A stretch of DNA of 60,237 nucleotides, counting the filler, from Bipalium vagum (Eukaryota), in NCBI GenBank assembly GCA_037834085.1. It is 3 parts of 3 records of this genome, joined end to end, with 100 filler letters (N's around TTAATTAATTAA, not from the genome) between each part and the next. Parts side by side here need not be neighbours in the genome. Positions count along the whole stretch, not along the records: positions 1 to 18,376 come from JBBMKC010030964.1; 2 more parts are not named here. One strand, written 5' to 3'. Below the pieces are notes generated by a model. It was not told the origin of the DNA. It did not search any database and saw only the letters and a list, made by a program, of their open reading frames with translations. Numbering within the stretch: the stretch's first letter is position 1; each line of letters starts with the position of its first letter. A program made the translations under genes and the position numbers. This document shows positions 1-14,400 of the stretch, piece after piece.

Positions 1-549
1 TTTTTATGATCACCCTTTGTATTTTATAATTCAGCTATAATAGTTTTATTTTAAAAAATATTATTATTATTATTATTCAGTCATTTTTTCTAATAAAGTT
101 ATTATTTTTAAAATAAATTTCGTATAATATTATAAAATAAAAGAAAAATATAGGTAAATATACAAAAAAAGTCTTTGATTAATCAAATATCAGAAGGTAA
201 GAGTTTTAATTATTATATATAATTGTTTTATTTCTTTATTGGAAATGTTTTTAAAATATATTTACTCAGTTTTAAAGAAAAGCTTCGAATTTTTTATTTT
301 ACTTTGTCAATTAATTTGAATAAGTTTTAAGAATTACACATTTTCTAAGGCTCTAAAGTGGCATTCTCTTTTTTCGTCATACTTTCCATTAATAAATTCA
401 TAAACGTTTTCAAAATTATTTTATCTCCTTGTTATCAATGTAAATGATAAATATTTAATAATGTTAAACATACCTTTTTATTTATATTATATTAATATTT
501 TATTTATATTGTATAGTAAACTGTATTAAATCTATAAAATTTTCTAAAA

Positions 550-1450
550 TGTTAGATCAAACACAAATGCCGCCCGGTATTTCTAACCACCTGTTAATCT
601 CACTTTGTAAGGTTCCATTATTAGGGAATTTATTCCTTTAACAAAAAAATATTAAATAAAACCAATATTTCATTTTACATTTATGATAACTGAAGACACC
701 GAACATTTCCAGGACTTCAGTAAGGAAAAAATATTTTTATATAAATTAAATCCTTTAAATAATATTCTTCCATTTTTCCAAAAGATCGATAAGTGCCTAT
801 AAATACAGGTTATTTTTATATTTAATTATTTTAATTTTAATTGGTTGATTATCGAACTTTCAATGGAAGATATCTTCCATCGTTTGTCTAATTATTTAGA
901 AAACATAAAAAATTATTTTCATTAGTAACAATTACTACAGACTCAAAATTTTAAAATTATAAATATAATAAATATATTTTTTAACAAAAAAAGTTTAATA
1001 ATAATAATAATAAATATCTTGGACCATCATTTTTTTGAACATCGTGGTTAACCGTTGCTCAAAAAAAGACGATCCAATATCTTCAACTCCATTTGCATTC
1101 ATAAATCTTCTATTTTTGGAGTTGTATATATTCAAGTATGTGTTGGATTCTTCGAATTCTGCAGACCAATATCGTTTTTGTTACTTATAGGTAAATTCAT
1201 TAGGAATTTTCCTACATTATTGGTTAACCTTTTCAACCTATGCAAATAATCATGGACTGTTGAATTGGGTAAATTTAGTTCTCCTGAAAGTCTTCGTTGA
1301 CTTGTAATGGGGTTTCCTTCAATGTATGACTTAGGATCAATTCATAACGGCGTCCAGTTCGTGGTTGGTCATCGAGATCAAATCGACCATTTTAATTTTT
1401 TGATACCAGTTACCGGTTTCCTTCTGTCACATTATGGCCTAACTGGAAAT
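550..1450 (-). mobile_element. Highly decayed IS630-Tc1-mariner transposase remnant (DD41D/DD37D-like)
   Basis: Minus strand reads KRYWSAE...IGSSFFE (compare R-W--ENP...IGP-FFE) and a C-terminal R..WLEIPGG; many stops and frameshifts; boundaries approximate. Confidence 0.45.
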
Positions 1451-1931
1451 CATACAACAAAAGTTCAAGAAATACATAATTGTTAATTTTCATTTCCTAT
1501 AAGAAAAGTATAAAGGAGTTAAATAAAAATCTAAGAATCAATACACCATTTGATTCTGTAAAACAAATCCTTTAATTTGATATATAACATTTACTTATAA
1601 TTTGTTAATGCAACAATAAAATTAGTCAAACAAAGTTATCAAACAATAGTCTAAAAAATTTCCGACCACCGTAATATTTTCAAAAATTTTCCTGAGGTAA
1701 TTTAAAAAATTGATGACGCATCAGCTCTGTTGCTTGAACCATTTCGTCCATTGAGAACCCATCAGCATTCACAAGTTCAACCATAATATATATTATTTAT
1801 GTATTTAATTATTATAATTTTATTGGTTAATTATCGAACTTTCAATGGAAATACTTTACGTCGTTTGTCGACGTCTTTAGAAAACATGAAATTTATTTTT
1901 ATCAGTAACAATTACGACAGACTCAAAAATT
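821..1931 (+). repeat. About 130-bp dispersed direct repeat, copies at about 821-952 and 1804-1931
   Basis: Both copies share TTGGTT(G/A)ATTATCGAACTTTCAATGGAA...TCGTTTGTC...TTTAGAAAACAT...AGTAACAATTAC.ACAGACTCAAAA. Confidence 0.85.
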
Positions 1932-2399
1932 AATTAATAAAAAGCCTGATAAATATAAATAATCCTTATATTATTTTTAGTTGAGGTTTCTGTAATCGTT
2001 TCTCTGTGGATAATATCAGATCTTCGTTTAGCATTATTATCATTGATAAAGATGCTTCTCTGAGGATTCTCTTCTATTTGTATCACTTAATATTATTATT
2101 CAAGTCTGAGAAATAGAATCACTTTTTTAATATAACAACAGATTATAATAATGTTAATCTTTTATAATGAAAAATTGTGTTTTAATGTTTTATCCTTTTC
2201 CTTTTTTCAAAGACCATTTTATGGTTTCTAAAAATAATTACTTAGTAAATTCTGTAACTCTGTAATTGTCTAAAATTATATTTCATATTTCCATGTATAA
2301 ATTAGAATCAATTATGTTTTCTATGTTCACTTTGTTGCGATAAACAATAGTTTTCTAAAACGTCTGTTAAAGTTTTCCTACCATTAAAATAGGACATTC

Positions 2400-3250
2400 T
2401 GTTTTGTATAAATAATTTATTCCATCACAAAATTCCTATGATAACATGTGTAAAAGGTGTCAATTAAGTAGCTTTACAACTTTATGGGTGAATAGCAAAA
2501 GAATCCTTTTATGTCTCCTGAAAAGTTTTATATGATAACAAAGAGATACACAACATTTATTTATCTTCAAAATGTTTACCTTTAGTTTCCCTGCAACGAC
2601 TTAATCTACAACATTTATGAACAAACAAGCAAACGTTTTCTCGTAATTTGTTTTCATATGGGTAAATGCATCATTCTTTGTTTCAAATGTTGAAATGCAG
2701 GAATTGGCTGTAAATAAACCATCTGCCTCCGATCAAGCCACAAACATAAGCACAGGTGCAGACCATAACACCTATCTATCCACTGTCAAATGAGGCTGGT
2801 CTAAGGACCGATAAACGCTGTTGTGTCTGTTTACACAACCGTCGGTAGGAAGTCTAACCTCGTCTTTCAACAGAATAAGGTTACAAAGATTTACATCTCT
2901 GTCAACTGTTTTGTCAACGACTTAACAAATTTAATGGACGTACGGTTTAAAATACAATGTATTCACCGCTTTATGCACTGTTTTTTGTGAAGTATTATAT
3001 TCATTGGACAATCGTCTAAGTACTGTGTTGTTTTCTTACAATAGTTGATGAATCTTTTCATTAATTAATTTTTGCTTGATTTATGTTCATTTTTTGGTAC
3101 ATCCAAAGGAACTACCAGTTTTGTAGAATTTGATAAATTTTGTCTAGATAGTATTTCTACTTGGTGAATAACTATTCAATCCTCGCTATAATTTTAATAT
3201 ATATGTAGTAGTTGTAAAGATAAATAATGCGGATTTATTTAAATCGATTC
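2400..3250 (-). mobile_element. Decayed DD41D/rosa-like Tc1-mariner transposase
   Basis: Minus-strand motif DGCVNRHNSVY (compare L-G-VN-(Q/H)N-R-W after the first catalytic D); multiple disruptions. Confidence 0.5.
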
Positions 3251-5367
3251 ACTGAAATATATGGTAAAATAATTTTGAAATCAAATCTAATTCATTTTGT
3301 TTTAATAATTGCTATTTACTAAAATAATTATTCAAATTTTCAAAAGATGATAATATATAAAAAATTTTTGATCTCAGCATTTTAACATTTTTCCCTGAAA
3401 AATATCATTGTTGGTAGGTGATTATTCATTTTTATGATGACCAAAAGTGTTGCAGAAAGCTACCGGATACTTTGTGAGGCTTATTGAAAATATTCAGTAT
3501 CTGGGGATACATTTAAGAGTTAGTTTAAGAGCCTTTAAAATTAAGATTTTATTCTGAAAAAACGAAGAACACATAGACAGTCCTTCTAAATTTGAAACCA
3601 AGATTTAGAAAATTTATTCCATCAAGATACATGCCAGTCTCAATAACAACTTTCATAAGAACAGATGTTACTTAGCAGGCAATATGAAAGATTACATGAT
3701 ATGGGCAAGATTTTAAAGGAAGGAAAAATGGTTTCCATTATCATATAAATGAAAGACAATTGGAAAACTGAAGAATAGTAAGTGAGATGTTACAACAATA
3801 CGAAAATCTTTTTATATCGAAAACATTGGATTTTGGAATTAATTATAAGTTGAGAGAAAAGTGTGTGCATCTTTGAAATTATTTTTTTATTATCATTAAA
3901 ATCTGCATTTTATATCAGTTTCAATAGTAGCTTCACCTTCAAACATGTATGGGTTTGCAAATATAGCAAAACTTTTTTAAAAAAAACATTTTATATTGTT
4001 TTACTAAAGATTTCACCTAATATAAAAATCAGACCTCAGATATACATAACAATTTTTCAGAAATGTTACAGGGAAATTCATGACCATTAATTTGATTGAA
4101 AGAAATGAGGTATCAGGAGATTTCATTCTTTTTCTAACGGATTTCATATTTGTACGTTGTAAAAATGTATGTTAAAACACGTGTAACTTATTAGGGATCA
4201 AATGATAGAATATTTTTTGTTTTTGATCGATTTATAATTTCTTTTGAAGTATTTACAAATGATCTAATAAATATTTCGCAAATGAAAAAAACGCGTTGTA
4301 TACCAAGACAGTTATAACGAGGTCTATAACAATGCTTACTGAACACATTTCCATACTTGAAAAATGTGAAGAAATCCTTCTCCTGTGATTATTTTCGTCT
4401 TCATGCTGGATTCAAACGTCTCATAGCTGACAGCTCAATGTCTGTCTAATCTGAATGTATAAAGTACCCACCGAAAAGATGTTGCAGATGTATCATTCTA
4501 CTTATCATCTGAGATTATCAATACTTGCCTTCTTTAGTCGTGGTTCAGTTTAGGTTAAGAAATTTCCTTCCATTATTTATTTTTATTTTATAAAATTTTA
4601 GAGGTATAAAACTTTTGACTTAATCATATTTCGTTTTTGCTATTTATTATTTAGGTAAAATATTTTCATATAAATCTTCTAAACTATTACTATAATACTA
4701 TATATATATAATACTATAATACCTTTAATAATAATAAATAAAATAATATTAATATTTTATTTACAAATATTCAGATAATTTTGCTTTTTCAGTAGTGTGA
4801 ATATTTTATTGATTTTTTAATACTTTATTCTATACTTTCATTCGTTATTTATATTAATTCATTAAATCTTAAAATCCTTTTATATCTATCCTATTGCATT
4901 TAAGCATATTATTCATTACATTTATTTTCGCGTTTTTTATAAATGTTAAGTAAATTTTTTACTTTTTATTTTTCTATAATATTTTAAATTTTATTCAAAA
5001 AAATTAATGATCTTTTCTTAACAAAATAATTGGAATTTTCTATGGAGAGATCGTATTGGAAAGATCAGTTCTTTTAAGATCTACTTTAAATGAAAACACA
5101 TTTTTAAAGAATATAAGTATACACGCGATTTTAAATAGTCACAGTTAAAATAGATCATTTTTCAATTAAGTTAATATAATATACTTTTTTAAAATAAAAT
5201 TAAATTAAGAAAAAATTGGAAAATAAAAACAATTCAAAATAATGGTGATAATTATAATAACATAATTAACATAATCCACGGTTACTTTTATAATTTAATA
5301 AAAATCCGATATTCTTTCTTATTAATTTATTTAAATCTTTATAAACTATATTTTTCTTATTGTTTTA

Positions 5368-6435
5368 ATAGGCTGGTGCAGAAATATTTCTGTTTTCTAT
5401 TTATTCGACTAACATAGTAGATTTTAGAACGCATTTACTATTGGTACTATTTAAAAGCTTAAATTTCATAAAATATTTTTTTTACCAGCTGAAACGGCTG
5501 GTAAAATTAATAAAGCATTTGAGCAAGGGACAGTTAATGATCATGTGGTGCAACGATTGTACGAACGTTTTGGCCAGGGACATGAGACAATGGAATGTCA
5601 CAAAGGTTGAGGCGGTACATCTGACATTGATAATGACCAAATAATGAAGATAATCGAAACGGATTCTTAAACCAGATGAACTCAAGGTCTACCATACAAC
5701 TATATTTCGTCATTTAAATAAAATAAGATAAGTAAAAGAGATGGAAAAGTGATGTCAAAAAATCAAAAACACTGTTTTTATGTTCTATCTTTACTGCTTT
5801 TGCTCAAAAAGTGATCAATCTCTACATCTGATCATGACTTGCGTTAAGAAATAGATTATATGATAATCGACGACGTTCGGTAAAACAGTCGAACCACGGT
5901 GCAGCTTCTAATCACTTCCAAAAACAAACTTTACACAAAATGTATGTTGACTCTTTAGTGGTCTACATCCAGTCTGGTTAATCAAAACTTTCTGAACTTG
6001 AACGAAATTATTATGGCACAGAAGTACTGCCAACATATTCAAGATATGAATGAAAACTAAAAAAATCAGTTATTTTACAAGACAACAAACACCCACGTGT
6101 TACACAAATAAAATTTTAAAAATTTAATTATATGAGGTAGGAGAAAATACTTTACTCTCCCCTTCTCATATTCATCAAACCTGCAGCAAATAACTTTTCT
6201 TTTTAAGCTCCTGGATAACTTCTGGCTATTTAGGAATCGAGCCGACAGCTTTTGGTGAATTCGTTGGCTCCAGAAGCAGACTTTTATTTAATCGGCATCA
6301 ATAAACTTGTTAATTGTTGATAGAGATGCATTGTATCTCATTGACTTTATTTAGAGTAATAAAGGCTATTTTATCTGAGTTATGATGTTTTTACTTTTAT
6401 AGTTAAAATAACATTATTTTTTCACAAGTCTAATA
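5368..6435 (+). mobile_element. Near full-length decayed mariner element
   Basis: TIR ATAGGCTGGTGCAGAAATA at about 5368 and reciprocal TATTTTTTCACAAGTCTAATA at about 6415-6435; internal remnants of MTC..K.IIYDN, LTL.WS and LQDNKHPRV; many stops. Confidence 0.8.
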
Positions 6436-9400
6436 CTTTTGTCACTTCTTATTTTAACAAATAATAATTCTTTATTCTATTTTATTAATATTTTGTTAAA
6501 TAAATAAATAAAATCACAATTTTAAATGATTTAACATTAAACCCTCTTGTCTAACAAGGAAATGGTGTAAAAGTTTTAAAACATTTAAAAGTTTAAAACA
6601 TGTTCCTTTAACTGATTTAATAGCAAAAACCATTTTGTTTAATTCCATAAATACTTATATAAGTAGTAAAAGATTAAAATTCAAATATCTGGTTTCGGTC
6701 CAGAAATCACATGTAGTTCTTCTTGATATATATGTAGATCTCGTTTGTATAAACATTTATAAGAATTTAATTATAAACAAGGATCACTTTTTGTAAACAG
6801 ATTTATACTTCGTACATCATACATATACGAGTATGAATATCATGTTAGACCATTATCAGTCAATCACTTTGTGTCATTTATCTCAATGAGTCTTGTTGAT
6901 AAATTTTATTCATTGCTGTTTCATTTCATATCTTGGCAGCCTTCAAGAAGTTCAGAGAAAATTTTGATCAAGTTTAAATGGCACCACTAAGATATTTTTA
7001 TTCACTCAGTTCGTACTTTTATTTTCAAATATCTTTATAAAACTTCTGATATAATATACAAACACTGTCTGTCATAATAACTTAATCCGTAAATCAATGT
7101 TATTTTTTGTTTTGTTTTAATCCAATCAACATTATTTGTTTATTTTTTACTTGAATTTAATCTAACTGTCAAATTTTAAGTTGCCATATTTTCTGGAAAA
7201 CTGGAAACATTGGCGCTTTATGGAGCCACCCCTTTGTGACCCATAAAAACCTTCAGCAAGATAGGTCTAAATAGAATCAAATTATATTAAAATAGATCCT
7301 TTTGGAATTAAATTGATTTAACTGTCTCATTTATATGGTTTTTAGTTTGAAAATCTTGAAACTTTGGTCCTTCATGAACGCCATTCGATAGATGGGTCTT
7401 GACACTCTTTGTCGATTGGTGTGCCAGATAGACAGATATGTGCAGCGAGTAACATCTCCTGGTCGCCAGAGAATAACCAGAAAATGCACAGTTAATCAAA
7501 ATAAATTATTTTTTAAATATTCAAATGCGAGGTACGATCTTTATTAATTATTTATATTTTTATATATAAAAGATTCCTTTAGGAGCTCCATTCTTCAAAT
7601 AAAATAATTAGAAACCAATATATATTGTCAAATGGTAAAAATAAAGAAAGAGCAAAGAAAAAGATAATTTTTATAATGAAAAAATCCATAAATATAACTA
7701 ATTTCATACAATAATAATTATCACTTTAAAAAATATATCAATTTTCCAACAAAAAGGCGTAAACTTTAAATCAGTGTAATCGTGTAAAATAAATAAGACT
7801 AAGATATTTGAATATAACCATATACAGTCCAAAACTTGTACTGGTGAGTAAGACTACAAATACATGAGGAAAACATCGAACTGTTCTTATGGCGTTCTTG
7901 TCATATGAATTCGTGAAGGTGTGACCTGAAAAAAGCCTTAGATGTGAAAATTTGAGTTTAAAACCGCTTTACAGAAAGATTACCAAAATAATTAAATGAT
8001 ATAAACTGGAAGAAAAAATGATTATTTTTTAGAAATAACTTTAGTGAAATCCAAAATTCCTTTTTGTTTTTTTAATTTAAACATTTATTTTATAAAAACA
8101 TTATATTATCATTTTAAACTATTTATAAAATAGAACAAAGATGTTAAAGTATCATGTTTGTTTCAGTCGTATCTCAGAATTAAGGTAACCCAAGGTCATT
8201 TGGTGCACATAAATGAAACTGCTCGTTTACTTCTGAAAACTTATGATGACAATAACTCTTCTAAAAGAACCTATGAAGACTGTCTTTATCTACGAAAAGA
8301 CTTATATATCTAAGAAAGAAACGTTTAGAAGTTTGAAAATTCAGAATTCCAAACATTATGAGGATTAAAAAGAAGAATAAACTCAAAAAACAGTAGCGTC
8401 TTTAAACGTCATTCAATTACTTATTATCAATTAAAGCCAACTGAAAGATTCAAAAACGATGAATACAAATGAAAGAACTCACTCGAAAGACGAAGACTTC
8501 TTATAAAAGACAGCTAAGAAAGAAATTTTTAAATCTTTTCATTTATTTTAACAATCAACGCGGAAAATAACGTGGTTAATACAGATCACCAGAAGGTTGA
8601 CAGCAACATCACAATATTCAATTAAAAATAGGCTACTGTGTATTTAGGTTCACCGTATCATTACATCCTGCAATAGGTCAGATTGTTACAGCTTATATGA
8701 AATAATTGGAATTGACTCAAATGCAAAATAAAGTCATTTGTTATGTGATAATACCAATACATTTCTAATATAATATTACAACATAGGTCAAATAAACGTT
8801 GAAAGAGAAGTCTGGTATTAATTGATTCATTAAAATTTTAACATATTGATTATTACTTGTTCAGATCGATTATACAAGAGGTCACTAACACTTATAATTT
8901 CCATTGTTCAAATAAACTGGTTGAAGAATAAATATTATTAAAACAACACTTCCTTTTAATATGGAATTGACAAGTGACGATAAGAAAAGGAAAGTGACGA
9001 TGCAGTAAATAATTTATTATTTTAAATTAAATTTTAAATAAATATAATAATAACAAAATTAAAAGAAATTTAGGGATTGAATCAGTGTTTACTCGTTTTG
9101 AAATAGATTTTTTTATTTTCATGTATGTATAAAAATTATCCTTTTACTATTAAAATTGATATCCTTAAAAATACAGAAAAGAGAAACTAGACTTTCAGGA
9201 CAAAATTCACTGGAATGAATCTTTGAAAATACTTTCAATATAATTACAAATTATTATGTATTATATTATACACGTACGTATATATAGTGTTTTATATATC
9301 ACTTGGTTAAAATATAATATCTTTGAACATTACTCAAACCTTCCATTTATTTACTCAAGGAACAATTTTAACATTTATCAATAATAATAATACATAATTA

Positions 9401-9514
9401 TTATTATTTGTATTTTTATATATAAATACTCTTCATTCTTTTAGATAAATAAAGTGAAAAATGCTAAGCTAAGGATGCAATTATATTATTATCATTAATA
9501 ATAATTTAACGTAC

Positions 9515-9805
9515 TACGAGTCCTGCTTCCTCTTGAGTTTCGTGATGAAATTGGTTCGGCATATAGGTCAGATTATATCCGATATTCTTACACATTGGGA
9601 TTGCTATTGGAACGCATTTATTAGGTCTGAAATTTTCCTGGTTTGACCGATCGGCCGTCGATCTATCAATTGTGATTTGATTGTTCGCCAAATGTTTCGA
9701 GGCCGAACTCAGTCGATCATTTCCAGCTTGAGATCCATTTGGAGACAGAAACAAGAACGGTGACAGTAAAAAAGATATAAAAATCATTCTTCTATATTTC
9801 AACAT
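9515..9805 (-). CDS. fz5/8: Frizzled-5/8 family Wnt receptor, first coding exon (signal peptide and start of cysteine-rich domain)
   Basis: ATG at 9805; hydrophobic signal peptide IFISFLLSPFLFLS; CRD motif CVPIAIPMCKNIGYNLTYMPNQFHHETQEEAGL matches the Fz5/8 consensus GYNxTxMPNQFxHxTQxEAGL; GTACGT donor at 9514; no further exon found toward position 1. Confidence 0.92.
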
Positions 9806-9959
9806 GAAATTCAACTAGTAGTACAGGTGACAAGAGATTTAAAATCAAAAGAGAAAGATTTATTTCGTTACTACACCGTTGTAAGAGTTAAGTGATTTCG
9901 AATAGGAAAGTAATGAACTTCGTCGAATATCGAACACAAGTAATATTATTCTGTAACGG

Positions 9960-10230
9960 GCATCATAATAGTTGAATTTTTAGCAAATCACTGGGTATGC
10001 CTTTGACTTGAGCTTCTGCATAAAGTCTAACATACAAGTGCACATTTGATTGGCTGCACACATTTTCCCAAACATCCGTCATGCCAGTGCCACACACACG
10101 TCGGATTGTGTGTCTGAGTCGCGATGCAGCCGTATTTTGCTTGTTTTGCAACATGATCGATGATTTTTTGAAAATGTTCTCAATTTCTTCAGAAATCCAA
10201 TTCTCTTACATTGTCTTTTGCAGAATCTAC
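9960..10230 (-). promoter_or_regulatory. Likely proximal promoter or 5' region of fz5/8
   Basis: Locally GC-enriched non-repetitive DNA directly upstream of the ATG; CCAAT box (CAGCCAATC on minus strand, about 10048-10056). Confidence 0.4.
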
Positions 10231-13200
10231 CTTCAATAATAATTAGCAATTTAAGAAAAGTGGGTGTCTAGAGAATATGAATAAAATAATTTTCTTATTA
10301 ATTTAATTGTGTTAATTAATAAAATGCTAAAATTTGTACATAAGTTAATATTTTAAATGATTTTTTTTGTAATTGCAATAATTATAAATTTATCAAGATT
10401 GCAAACTCCATTAAAGATTCTAATAGTTGATAATTTGGGATTACTTGTGAGTTTTTTTTCCAATCAATTGTGCAATGAAGATTTATTGATTATCATTTTA
10501 TTATTATTGTTTTATTAAGCTATTGATTTGATAAAATTATTCATATTTATAACTGTAAATTGTAAATATTTATAAATTATCTAAATTAATAGTTTATTTA
10601 ATCATCTAAGTACATTATTTATAATTATTAATACAAAAGACTATGGCAACATCAAAAATAAAAATCTTTTATATATTAATTAATGATAAACTAAAAAGTT
10701 ATTTAAGCTTTAAGATTAAAACAATTTTTCCATTGAACTTTAGCAATCATTAAATTACAATAATAAAACAAATAGAAATATGTTACGTATCCTCTTTATA
10801 TTTTCGATGGTTTATCATTACATTAATATTAAGTTTCCATATTGCTTTTGTAACTTGCTTTCTCTGCAGTGTTTATATATTCATTTTCTTATAACTTTTT
10901 TACATTGAAAAGGAATATTTATAACTGTCTCTGAGATAAGAAATAACGTTAGTCTAAATTAATATCTATGTAATCACTAAATTAGAACGTACAACCTGTC
11001 TGGAATCTGTTTACTTAGGAGAAAAACTTGCTCTGGGAGTGTTAGCGTATTACCAAGGCGTGAGATTAATCATAAAATGATAAGTATTTTTAATTTCCCA
11101 ATGTAAGTCTTAAGTTATAACAGTTGGAAAAATAAAAATTTGAGTAATATAAATCATTATCTATCTATTCTTCCTCTTTCTGATAATAATCTCAAAAGTT
11201 TTATTAAATTCATTCTTAATATACATTCGAATGAAAATATTTTTCATTTTTTAAATTTTATTTATTTATATATTTTATTATTTTAAATCAGATTTATTTT
11301 TTTCACATTTTGTGAATATTTCTTAAAATACGTTTGACATGATATCTGTTAATTACCTCATAATTCAAAAACCATCAGAATCCGTATAAAAAATTTCATT
11401 GGTATAATCAACAAAGATCAATAAATCAACAACGTTTAATTAAATCACAATACATAGGCAATTTAGGCATACCCAAAAATAACAATGATACATATTATCT
11501 AGTTATCAACAAAATGTTCAAATAATAATGATATCAATTACCGAATTGCCAATTAGATATTCAAATAACAGTGTAATCAATTATCAAATTGATAATGAAA
11601 GAAAATAAATATTCACCTTATTTATTAGTAATTGTCAAAAATTACAATGAAAGTAAATAATGGATAACAAAAAAAACTAAAGAAAAAATAATAAAACGTT
11701 ATATAATAGGTTACTTAAAAAAACAAGGAAAAACAATATTCTTACGAATATTAATTCTTTTCAAATGCCAGAATTACTAACCATGTCGTTTTGGTTTACT
11801 CATGAATAGTCAATTTGTGGGGAACCTGAACAAAATCCTATCGCATAGTAAGAAACAAATTAAATGTACTTGCTTTTCAGGTACTCGTCTTCAATTAATC
11901 GTTTCACGTTTCACAAATTAGATGCTTTATTCAATAAGTTTACGTTCTAAATATCAATAATTTAAAATAATAATTTCAAGTAAGGTATATATCACCTGGC
12001 AGTTTGGTCAATCTACAACCCCCAACTTTTATAGTGAACAAGATCGAATTGAATCAGATACTTAAAATAATTTTGATTTCCTCAATTAAATTCTAAATTT
12101 ATCTTTAATAGATAATTTCACTTTTCTTTTTCTGATTTACTTGAGAAAACCAATTTCTTGACTAATGAAAATCTGCTAACTTCCCAAAAGTATTAATTAA
12201 TTATTTTGGTTAATATTACTAGTCTTTTTATATTTTGTGTTCTCGTCCACCTTGGTACTGTAAATATTGATGGCTCACCAGATGTTTGTCCAGATTTTCT
12301 TTTCGCTTCTGGTTCGCAAACACAACCATTTTTTCATTACCGGTTATAATTCAACGCTAAAATGAAATCCTTTAAGAAAAGGATTTCGGAAACAGTTTTA
12401 AAGTTTTGTTACATATTAAATAATAAATTATCTTATTATTTTTTAATGACAGATAACAGATATGAAGTTAGTATACAATAATCCACAAATTTTGGAGTCT
12501 AATGTAAATGAACGAAGTTTCACAATAATGAAACTAAGTTGGAAATAGATGTAAAATAAAAGTTTTCACAGAATTTACAAATCACAAAAAATTTAATGGA
12601 AACAGACAATGTAGAAAATATTCATAGGAAAATATTTACATAAAGCAAACATTCTTCATTCCATCGTGACCTAAGGAATGGAAGATATTCAATATACCAC
12701 TGAATACTTTATGTTTTCCGATGAAAAACACTTTTACTCGAAAAAGCGAATAAATCACTATAATTCTCCTTATTGAACCCACAAAAACAACCATTGAGCT
12801 TTTTCAGAAGGAATATACTCCTTGAAAATCACAGATTTGTGTGCAATTTTTTAATTTGGTTTTCTATTGCCTTTTTACTTTAGAGAAAATTTCTTTATGT
12901 ACAAAAATAATCTAATAATATTTGGTCTTTACAAAAGTTTTTAACAGATTTTTTAATGAAAGTGAAATAGATAAATTTTAATTGAAGAGTTTTTAATCAA
13001 ATATTAAGTCGTTAGTTCTCTTTATAATTAGTTTCCACGAACCCACACACTTCTCAAATCTACACCAATTTGATAGGAAAAGCTTTTTATTTTAGACTTT
13101 TATCACTAACCTTCTTAAAACGCCTAAACAGAGAAACATCTGATGATGTAATGTTCGTAGTGTAATAATGAAAAATTATACCTAACCTGGGACATACTTC

Positions 13201-13244
13201 AGTTACATTTCTCTCGTTATTGTTTCACAGGATGTGAGAGGTGC

Positions 13245-13670
13245 ATTGGGTGTCCCACTTAAATCCAGAAATTTTTCGATAAAACATAAACCATCTATAT
13301 ATTAGAAATGACCAATGAAATCGTTAAATTTATTTATTATTTTAAAAATTTCATATTTCATATTATTCAATCCAGTTACCTTCTGATTTGATTACGGCCT
13401 CCAAATGGGATCTGAACCGAAAACAGGCTCTGATTACTGGCTCAACTATATCAATTTTTGTTCGATCATTTGTTGGACTACCTCTGAAGAACGCTCCACA
13501 AGTAATAATAAAGTGAGTTAAGGTTCTGAATTCTAGGTGGTTAAAACTCCGTATATTTTAAAAAATAAATTTTTTATCACTCTATTGAGGGGTCCATAGT
13601 CTTTTATATTGATCTGAAGACTACTTAGTTGTAGACCAACATTCATATCCATTCCGTTTTTAGGTGTAAA
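13245..13670 (-). mobile_element. 3' end of a DD37D (maT-like) Tc1-mariner element
   Basis: Minus strand gives NLNSLYYYLWSVLQ (decayed SPDLNPLDY-W) and VIRACFRFRSHLEAVIKSEGNWIE*; TIR-like CATTGGGTGTCCCACTTAAAT at about 13245. Confidence 0.65.
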
Positions 13671-14099
13671 TTACTAAACCTGTCCCTAATTACTGACCTG
13701 GTCTGATCTTGACAATTCCATATTGTTAAAATTAGAAAAGGATAAAGAAAAATTATTATTATTACCATTATATTCTTTATTCATTAATTTTTATTATTAT
13801 AAGCCAGACCCTTTGTTGGTCTTACTTTATATACTTTGAGCCAGCCCAATATTTATGAAAAATATAAATGTAATTTGATGGTCTTAATATCAAGTACCTA
13901 ATCCGCCTAATTTTTAGCTTTCTGAGCAGGTCAGCACTAGTAGATATAACCATGCTTTTTGATCCCAATAATCTCAGAGTATTATTCTCCTCTCAAAATC
14001 ATTTGTTCCTACTAAATATTTTGACTATCGTCCACATTTTATTCGTTGAGATTGTCAAAATAACGTCAATTTCATCTGTAACAGTTCGCTGCCAGATGA

Positions 14100-14400
14100 G
14101 TTTTGTGCTGTTGAAAAACATTACACTGATTTCATTTCGTTTCCCATTTGGCTTTCGCTCAGATGATTTGCAACTTATATTTTCCCCTTCAAAATCATAA
14201 CCATTGCTCTTGGGAATATGAAATTGTTTCGTTGCCAACGCTTAATCTTGGGGAAAGTTTTCCAGTTTTTGCAATCAGAAAGTTGCATAATTGATTAACG
14301 TTTCACCTGTACTCAAAATACTTTTCCGTTTGAAGTACGTTATACAGAAATTTCTTTGAAATATGGGTGTAAGGCATCTTGAGCTTATTTTATTCATCAT
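14100..14400 (-). mobile_element. hAT transposase C-terminal dimerisation-domain remnant
   Basis: F*LQKLENFP..ALATKQFHIPKSN resembles the W....FP-L--LA---L-IPAS hAT motif. Confidence 0.45.
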
